Of a stretch of 35,527 nucleotides of DNA, positions 29,338 to 35,527 are shown piece by piece. Location of the stretch: the NCBI GenBank assembly GCA_026991575.1, contig JALXBF010000176.1, positions 1-35,527 on the forward strand. The letters run 5' to 3'. Below the pieces are notes generated by a model, which ran no database searches, was not told where the DNA came from, and saw only the letters and a list, made by a program, of their open reading frames with translations. The position numbers were made by a program, and so were the translations under genes. This stretch comes from Planctomycetota bacterium (lineage in GTDB: Bacteria; Planctomycetota; Planctomycetia; JALXBF01). Within the stretch, counting starts at the first letter, position 1. Every line of letters begins with the position of its first letter.

Positions 29338-31050
29338 ATGGCAAGCAAGAGGACAAGACTGTTCCTGGAGCCGCTTGAGGAACGCCTTTGCCTGGCCGTC
29401 AGCGCGTCGGTGGTCAACGGGTCGCTGATTGTCACTGGCGAGCCTAACGGCGCGGTCCAGATTAACGCCGTGGCAGCGACGACATACCAGGTGCTCGATA
29501 ACGGCGTGGCCATCGGTACATTCGCGGGCGTGACCCGCAACATTCGTGTTGCAATCGATAGCTCGGTGCCGCGCACTAACGACAACGTCATCATTAACCT
29601 GGGTGGGTTCACCACGCCGCTGGGTATCCGCCTAGACGCCGGAGACGGCAACAACATCTTCACCGTGCAGAATGGCACGGTCGGCACAAGCATTCTGGTC
29701 TACGGCGGCAGCGGCAACGACACGCTGGTACTCCAGCCAACCCTCACCGTCACCCGACACGTGTGGTTCATCGGCTATGGCGGTAACGACACGCTCACCC
29801 TTCGTGCCGCGGTGGGTGGTAATGTGATCTTCCGTGCTGGCAGCGGCGCGGACACATTCACGTTTGACGAGCCTGCAGTCGTCGGCGGCCGGACCACGAT
29901 GCTTGGCGGCCGCGGCGGTGACATGGCGACACTGCTGGGCCAGAGCTTTGGCAACATCCTGCTCGACCTCGCCGGTGGCGATGACACCATTACGTCCGGT
30001 GATTTCTTTGCAACGACCGGCACGAGCACTCTTCGGTCCGGCCCGGGTGACGATTCGCTCACACTGGACGGCTGGTTCCTCGGTGATCTGACCGTTCAGT
30101 CCGGCAACGGCGACGACACACTAGAACTGGACGGGCGTTTCAGCGGTGAGTTGACCGCGGTTGGCGGCCGGGGCAACGACAGTTTCCTCTTCGACAGCGA
30201 GGCGATGTTCGAGGACGCCGTGTCGTTAACCGATCGCCGCGGTAATGACCGTGCAACGTTCTCCAGTTACTTTGCGGACGGGGTGTTTGCAAGCTTCGGA
30301 GCACAGGACGACACCGTTGTGCTTGATGGTTCGGCCTACTTCCTGAACGATCTGCTGCTGCGCATGGGTGCCGGCCACGACAGCGTGACGTCCAGTGCCG
30401 CGGTGGAAGGTCTCTTTGATGTCGCGGGCGGAGGCGGTCTGGACACGCTGACGCTGGCGGACGGCTACTTCGGTAGCTTCCTGGTACGCGGCTTTGACGA
30501 GGGGTTCGGCGGTGTCGTCAGTGTGGATGCCAGCCAGGTTGACCTGCTGGATATCCTCCTGTCGGCCGACCAGCTCGTGGCGGTTGACCGGACGCTGCTG
30601 GTGATCAATGACCGCCTGGCGCAGGAATCGACCGCAGTTCGCCTGGTGGATGGTACTCGCTTCCCGGTGCAGCTGGACGACTTGGTGGACGCATTGCCCG
30701 AAGCTGCGTTGGACGACCTGCTGAATGTGCCGGCCGGTCTTGCGGTCGTGCTGGACCAGGACGAGGTAGACAGGGTGCTGACGCTGGGTGGGGACTTCTT
30801 GGTACCCCGCTTCGAAGGTGACTTGGCCGCAGGCCTGCCCGGTAGCCCGGTCGACTCCGTCGGTGGTTTCGAGATCCAGGACCTGGCGCTTGCCCAGTTA
30901 ACCGCCACGCTGCGGCAGCAGCAGCTTCTCGCGGGCGTTGCCCCGGGCGTGGACGTGGCCACACCGACCGATACGCTCAGGAGCGTCCTCGGACGCATGC
31001 TGTTGTTCACACCGGGCGGAACGCTGACGGGACTGCGTACATTGAGCTAG
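29338..31050 (+). CDS. Secreted planctomycete-type extracellular protein with GxGxD (RTX-like) beta-solenoid repeats
   Basis: N-terminal RLFLEPLEERLCLA (planctomycete extracellular/LEPR-xLL-like motif), 13 GxGxD-type repeats and an acidic C-domain. GGAGAGG RBS. Confidence 0.8.
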   Translation: MASKRTRLFLEPLEERLCLAVSASVVNGSLIVTGEPNGAVQINAVAATTYQVLDNGVAIGTFAGVTRNIRVAIDSSVPRTNDNVIINLGGFTTPLGIRLDAGDGNNIFTVQNGTVGTSILVYGGSGNDTLVLQPTLTVTRHVWFIGYGGNDTLTLRAAVGGNVIFRAGSGADTFTFDEPAVVGGRTTMLGGRGGDMATLLGQSFGNILLDLAGGDDTITSGDFFATTGTSTLRSGPGDDSLTLDGWFLGDLTVQSGNGDDTLELDGRFSGELTAVGGRGNDSFLFDSEAMFEDAVSLTDRRGNDRATFSSYFADGVFASFGAQDDTVVLDGSAYFLNDLLLRMGAGHDSVTSSAAVEGLFDVAGGGGLDTLTLADGYFGSFLVRGFDEGFGGVVSVDASQVDLLDILLSADQLVAVDRTLLVINDRLAQESTAVRLVDGTRFPVQLDDLVDALPEAALDDLLNVPAGLAVVLDQDEVDRVLTLGGDFLVPRFEGDLAAGLPGSPVDSVGGFEIQDLALAQLTATLRQQQLLAGVAPGVDVATPTDTLRSVLGRMLLFTPGGTLTGLRTLS

Positions 31051-31232
31051 GCGGTGCGCGAACAGCCTGATTCCAACGGCACCGTCGGCATCCCACAGCC
31101 CTGGCCCAAGGATCAGACGAGCACGGCAAGCTGTTTGCCGTGCTCGTTCTGCTTCGCGGCGAAAGGACCGCGTCGATGCGCTCCAGACCGCCCGTGAACC
31201 GGGTTCTTGCCTGCCGGAGCGGGGAAGCTAAG

Positions 31233-31306
31233 GGTGGGCGACGGGATTCGAACCCGCGAATGCCGGATCCACAGTCCGGTGCCTTAACCGCTTGGCTACG
31301 CCCACC
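31233..31306 (-). tRNA. tRNA-His (GUG)
   Basis: Minus strand reads G-GTGGGCG TAGCCAAGCGGTTAAGGC A CCGGA CT GTG GA TCCGG CATTC GCGGG TTCGAAT CCCGT CGCCCAC C. Full cloverleaf with G-1 and a C73 discriminator. Confidence 0.97.
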
Positions 31307-31322
31307 GTCCTGCAACGCTTTC

Positions 31323-31352
31323 AGTCTATCGACGGGCGACAAGCAGGGTCAA
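31323..31352 (-). promoter_or_regulatory. Sigma70-like promoter for tRNA-His
   Basis: Minus strand reads TTGACC(31352-31347)-N18-TAGACT(31328-31323), 16 nt upstream of the tRNA. Confidence 0.65.
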
Positions 31353-31525
31353 GGACAGCCGCCTTCCTGGGGCCCATTCAGCCCTTGCGCACGCTCACGC
31401 GGCCGATCGGGTCGATCGCGTGATCGAGGATGATCACGCCTGCGGTGGCGCCAGCACCGGGCCGATCCCAGTGGCCATCAGGGTGCCGTGCCGCTCCAGC
31501 AGACCGGCTCGGCAGCCGAACCGTT

Positions 31526-32893
31526 CTAGTCCCACCACCAGCGGTGGGGATCCTCCGGCAAGGGGGCAGGCTCGCTGATCATGCCCTCCCCCGTCCTGCG
31601 GACGCTACCGAGGACAGTTCCTGCACTGTACTGCACGCCACCGACCGGCGTCGTTGCCATCGCGCCCTTGCGGAGCACGCGGGTCAGCGTTTGGGCTGTA
31701 TGTGGCGTGGGCCAGGCCCGCGGCTCGTAACCGCCTGAGGACAGCCATGCACTGCGGTCCCAACCGGCCTTCTCTGCGGCTTTACCGTATTCCAGAACGA
31801 TGGCCACGGTTAACAGGTCGAATACGTTCTCTAGCTCCGCGAACACCGGCGCCCTGCGTGCAAGCTCGTCGAAGTGTTCCGTGAACCGGCGGGCGAACGC
31901 TCGGTTCCATCTGTCCTGGCCACTCCCGGCGGGACGGTCGCCGTAGCGGCGGGCCCGGTAGTCACTCTCACCGAGCAGCCAAACACGCTCCGTACCCAAG
32001 GACCAGACCGTGCCGTCTTCCGAACGGGCGAGCGACCCGGATGCGGGTACAAACCACCAGCGCTGGTACAGGGTCCGGCCCGCCTGTGTCAGCGGCACCA
32101 TGTCCACGTAGCTCTTGATGGCGCGCACGGGCGAGCGCACGACGCCAAGAGCTAGCATCTTCATGGCATAGTCAGCGGCCACCAGCTTGAACGCAACGCT
32201 TGATTCGTGCGGCACGCCAAAGACAACCACCTGATGGGGCCCCATGGCCGCCTGCAACCGCGCGGCCAATCGAGGTAGCGCCGCCGGGTTCAGGCCACCA
32301 CGAAGCTGGGCCAGCACCGCCTTCACGCGGTGCGCACCGTCGGGAGTCGGGTCAATGGAACAGCCGACCGCGCGGTCCGGAGGCGCGCCGGGTGGGAAAG
32401 CACGGATCGCCCAGACCAAGTCGTCCAGTTCCAGGATTACCTCTCCGCTTCGCTGGCCAATGGCATGGCCGGTCGCTGTGACCCGCCACCCTTCGGCCGG
32501 CCCCGCGATCACCACTTCGCCAGCTTCCGGGTACACGAACACATAGTCGACGCGGTAGAGTCCGGCCAGGTAACGAACCTCCTCGCGGACGTCCTCGTGG
32601 GCGTTTGCTGCAATCAGCCTGGCCAGGCGCGTTAGCGACACCTTGCGTAGCTCGGAGGGCCGGGCCACATCCGAGGTCAGCTTCGGCGCACGACCTCTGA
32701 GCCGCCGAGCCTGACGGGACGGAACCAGTTGAACCGAGCGCAGCATCCCTTGCGCATCGACGTGTACTCCCTGCACGATGCGTTGGGGCCGCTGGGCTTG
32801 GACAGGCGCGTGGTGGACACTGAGGATAAGGACCGCTACGACGGTAACCACTGCCGGCCGCACCACCATGACCCTGCTCCTTGTTTTGGACAT
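31526..32893 (-). CDS. DUF1598-like exported planctomycete protein
   Basis: Signal peptide ending VQA. Segments ELRKVSLTRL, YVFVYPEAGEVVIAGPAEGW, GCSIDPT, ADYAMK, RWWF and FAELENVFDL, recognised from memory as DUF1598 blocks. Confidence 0.78.
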   Translation of the reverse strand: MSKTRSRVMVVRPAVVTVVAVLILSVHHAPVQAQRPQRIVQGVHVDAQGMLRSVQLVPSRQARRLRGRAPKLTSDVARPSELRKVSLTRLARLIAANAHEDVREEVRYLAGLYRVDYVFVYPEAGEVVIAGPAEGWRVTATGHAIGQRSGEVILELDDLVWAIRAFPPGAPPDRAVGCSIDPTPDGAHRVKAVLAQLRGGLNPAALPRLAARLQAAMGPHQVVVFGVPHESSVAFKLVAADYAMKMLALGVVRSPVRAIKSYVDMVPLTQAGRTLYQRWWFVPASGSLARSEDGTVWSLGTERVWLLGESDYRARRYGDRPAGSGQDRWNRAFARRFTEHFDELARRAPVFAELENVFDLLTVAIVLEYGKAAEKAGWDRSAWLSSGGYEPRAWPTPHTAQTLTRVLRKGAMATTPVGGVQYSAGTVLGSVRRTGEGMISEPAPLPEDPHRWWWD

Positions 32894-33105
32894 GCTTCGA
32901 ATGGTACGCTCTCCATCTTACCGCACCACGCTGATAACATCCATGAGCCTCGCCGGGCACGTATCCGTTCTAGCATCGGCAACGCCCGGCCCCTTCACTG
33001 CTCCGATTCCTTGCCGGGAACCCTGGGGGTATGATGGTCTTCGAGGGGTCGGTTTCGGACGTTACCGGCATTAGCAAGGCTGCATTGACGGGCAACATAC
33101 ACGGC

Positions 33106-34230
33106 ATGTGGCACTGGAGAGTTGGTGCGATCTGCCTGGGCCTCTGCGTTTGCGTCATTACCTTAGGCCGCGCCAGTAGTGGACGACCCGTGCAACAAGA
33201 GCAGCAACACCATCGGCCACGTTTGCGTGAGCTCGGCATCCAGATCGGTCGACTGGCACCTGGCCCCTGGAATGCGATCACGGACGTGGCAGGCGTCCGC
33301 GTCGGCCACGTTACGCTGATTCGGGGCGACTCGGTGCGTACCGGCGTGACCGTCATTCTGCCGCACGACCGCAACCCGTACCGGCACAGGGTACCGGCGG
33401 CTGTGTATGTGGCCAACGGTTTCGGCAAGCTCGTCGGCTATACCCAGCTCCGCGAGCTGGGGGAGTTGGAGACCCCCATCGCACTCACCAACACGCTCAG
33501 CGTCTGGGATGTCGCCATCGGCCTTGTCCAGTACGTGCTGTCCCTGCCCGGCAATGAACGGGTTCGTTCCGTGAACCCGGTGGTCGGCGAGACAAACGAT
33601 GGCTATCTGAACGACATTCGCGGCCGGCACGTGCGGCCTGAACATGTGCTGGACGCGATACGCAACGCGCGACCAGGGCCAGTAGCCGAGGGAGCGGTTG
33701 GTGCGGGGACCGGCACGGTGTGCTTTGGTTTCAAGGGAGGCATCGGTACCAGCTCGCGGCAGCTGGCCCCGGATAGCGGCGGCTGGACAGTAGGCGTGCT
33801 CGTGCAGACAAACTTCGGTGGCAAGCTAACCGTAGCGGGACGTCCGGTCTGGCGCAGCCTTCGACCAGGCACCGGCCAACACGACGGCTCCTGTATGATC
33901 GTGATTGCGACGGACGCCCCGCTAAACGCCCGACAACTGGGCAGACTGGCCCGTCGAGCCATTGCTGGCATGGTCCGAACAGGGGCCAGCATGAGTCACG
34001 GCAGTGGCGATTACTCGATTGCCTTCTCGACCGCCGGCCGACCGTCTTCGTCCGGTTCGGTTGGGAGCATCCAGCCAGTGCCTGACCGAATGCTCGACCC
34101 ACTCTTTGAGGCCGTTGCCGACGCTACGGAGGAAGCGATCCTGAACTCGCTACTGCAAGCCACGGACATGACGGGCTACCAGGGGCATACGGTGCGGGCG
34201 GTGCCTCTGGAGTTATTCCGAGCTAAGTGA
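33106..34230 (+). CDS. P1/S58-family (DmpA/BapA-like) aminopeptidase with signal peptide
   Basis: Motifs NAITDVAGVRVGH, NGFGKLVG, NPVVGETNDGYLND, GAGTG, FKGGIGTSSR, autoprocessing DG/SCMIVIATDAPL and GSGDYSIAFST. ATG 33106 precedes a hydrophobic signal. Confidence 0.92.
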   Translation: MWHWRVGAICLGLCVCVITLGRASSGRPVQQEQQHHRPRLRELGIQIGRLAPGPWNAITDVAGVRVGHVTLIRGDSVRTGVTVILPHDRNPYRHRVPAAVYVANGFGKLVGYTQLRELGELETPIALTNTLSVWDVAIGLVQYVLSLPGNERVRSVNPVVGETNDGYLNDIRGRHVRPEHVLDAIRNARPGPVAEGAVGAGTGTVCFGFKGGIGTSSRQLAPDSGGWTVGVLVQTNFGGKLTVAGRPVWRSLRPGTGQHDGSCMIVIATDAPLNARQLGRLARRAIAGMVRTGASMSHGSGDYSIAFSTAGRPSSSGSVGSIQPVPDRMLDPLFEAVADATEEAILNSLLQATDMTGYQGHTVRAVPLELFRAK

Positions 34231-34254
34231 TGTTGGCCATGCCAGCTGCACGAG

Positions 34255-35527
34255 ATGGCTGTTAGCCGCGCGGCGCGACAACGGATGGCGACGTTGGTTC
34301 CTGTACTGGCGGCCGGCCTGCTCGCAGTGTGGCCGGTTGTCGGAGCGGGAGCGAAACGCGACGTGGATTGCTCCGCTGCCGCGCCGTTCGCTGCGGCTCG
34401 GGCTCCGGACGGGAGCTACATCAGCTGGCGCGAGCACATCATCGACGACGCAGAAGTGGCCGGTGAAACAATACTCGGTGCCGATGGACTAGCTTGGCAC
34501 GACTTGGATGGAGACGGCGTACGCGATGTTGTCGCCGTCCATGAGGATAGCTCGCACGTCCGCATTGTCTTCGGTCCACGGACCAGGCGTGAGCTGCTCA
34601 GGAAAGGCTGGTCCGGCAGCGTTACGCTGGCACGCGGTCGACTGGCCCACGCGGTAGAGGACGTGGCAGTGGCCGATTTCGACGGTGATGGCAGGGCGGA
34701 TGTGGCCATTGCTGCTGAGGGAGGCCACGTTGCCGTCTTCTTTGCCACAGGCAACGTGCGCCAGGTCGGTGGATGGCAGCCTGTGGTTATCCAGTGCACC
34801 GTGAATCGCGGCAGCTGGATCCGCGTGGAGGCGGCAGACCTGGATGGCGATGGTCATGCGGAACTGCTGGCGGCCAACAAAGGTGGCACGGCCGTGAGCG
34901 TATTCGATGTGGCGCCAGGTGCGGCCCGAAACGGGGCGGCGTGGCAGGAACAGGTACTCTGGCGGACACGGGTGCCGATCAATGCCCAGGCCATAGACCT
35001 GGACCGGGACGGCGACCTGGATGTGGTGGCCGCCAGTCGGGGCGAGCGGTGCATTGTGTGGCTTGAGGCCCTCGACGGCACGTGGCGTTTGCATCCGATC
35101 TACGCTGGCGCGGATCCCCCTACGGAGGGGTTCATGATGTGGTTCGTCGATCTCAGCGGTGACGGTTTGCCGGATATAGTCACCGAGGAGGATCACGGCG
35201 GAGCGGTCTTCTGGCTGGAACAGCGCCGCGATGACCGATGGCTGTTGCACCCGATCGGGTCGATTGCACCTGATCACGCCACGGGACTTGGCGTCGCGGA
35301 CATCAACGGTGATGGGCGAGCCGACCTGATGGTGGGGGGCTACAGCGCCGGACCAAGGCTGCGCGAGCCGTCGCAGGTTCGGGCCACGGACCGTTGCGGA
35401 CGGCTAGCCTGGTTCGAACAGCCCATGAACCCGCGTCAGCCCTGGCGACGCCATGACATCAGTCGTCGCCGCCGCGGCATGTTTGACATGTTCATCCCAG
35501 CGGATCTCAACGGCGACGGTCTCGTCG
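34255..35527 (+). CDS. FG-GAP/VCBS-repeat beta-propeller protein, exported, truncated by window end
   Basis: Manual translation is open from ATG 34255 (or 34285) to the window end. Signal-like LVPVLAAGLLAVWPVVGA and seven Ca-blade motifs: DLDGDG, DFDGDG, DLDGDG, DLDRDG, DLSGDG, DINGDG, DLNGDG. Confidence 0.9.
   Translation, partial: MAVSRAARQRMATLVPVLAAGLLAVWPVVGAGAKRDVDCSAAAPFAAARAPDGSYISWREHIIDDAEVAGETILGADGLAWHDLDGDGVRDVVAVHEDSSHVRIVFGPRTRRELLRKGWSGSVTLARGRLAHAVEDVAVADFDGDGRADVAIAAEGGHVAVFFATGNVRQVGGWQPVVIQCTVNRGSWIRVEAADLDGDGHAELLAANKGGTAVSVFDVAPGAARNGAAWQEQVLWRTRVPINAQAIDLDRDGDLDVVAASRGERCIVWLEALDGTWRLHPIYAGADPPTEGFMMWFVDLSGDGLPDIVTEEDHGGAVFWLEQRRDDRWLLHPIGSIAPDHATGLGVADINGDGRADLMVGGYSAGPRLREPSQVRATDRCGRLAWFEQPMNPRQPWRRHDISRRRRGMFDMFIPADLNGDGLV

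Noticed and set aside
29136..31306. Genomic island integrated at the tRNA-His 3' end carrying the repeat protein
   Set aside because: No integrase, no duplicated tRNA 3' end found by eye, and no evident GC shift.

Overview
A 35.5 kb, uniformly high-GC (about 65% by eye) stretch of core bacterial chromosome. It is most likely from a Planctomycetota member: it has a DUF1598-like gene, an N-terminal LEPLEERxxLA extracellular motif, a DMG-type Ser/Thr kinase and a planctomycete-style BamD/LptE pair. The left arm (- strand) carries dapA, a 1316-aa membrane Ser/Thr kinase with a duplicated extracellular beta-helix-like domain, a TPR/HExxH metallopeptidase, a MazG-like protein, a 750-aa membrane protein and an ABC ATPase. 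The middle carries a SurA/PrsA-like PPIase lipoprotein, a small membrane protein and an ArsR regulator. A long co-oriented + strand run follows: carA, purA, uppS, cdsA, phoH, a 7TM-HD (PgpH-like) hydrolase, ybeY, recO, bamD, lptE, folP, proA and a secreted GxGxD-repeat protein. The right end holds tRNA-His(GUG), the DUF1598-like gene, a DmpA/P1 peptidase and a truncated FG-GAP propeller gene that the ORF track misses. I see no mobile element, CRISPR array, rRNA or recognisable defence system. The most striking observation is that two unrelated envelope-biogenesis lipoproteins (SurA-like and BamD-like) share a near-identical peptide, PRPI[S/R]FRWPW, just after their lipobox Cys; this may be an undescribed lipoprotein tether or sorting signal. 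Also noted are structured intergenic leaders, a YbeY lacking its third His ligand, and an alternating 23/21-aa solenoid repeat. All family calls come from motif recognition, not database searches.
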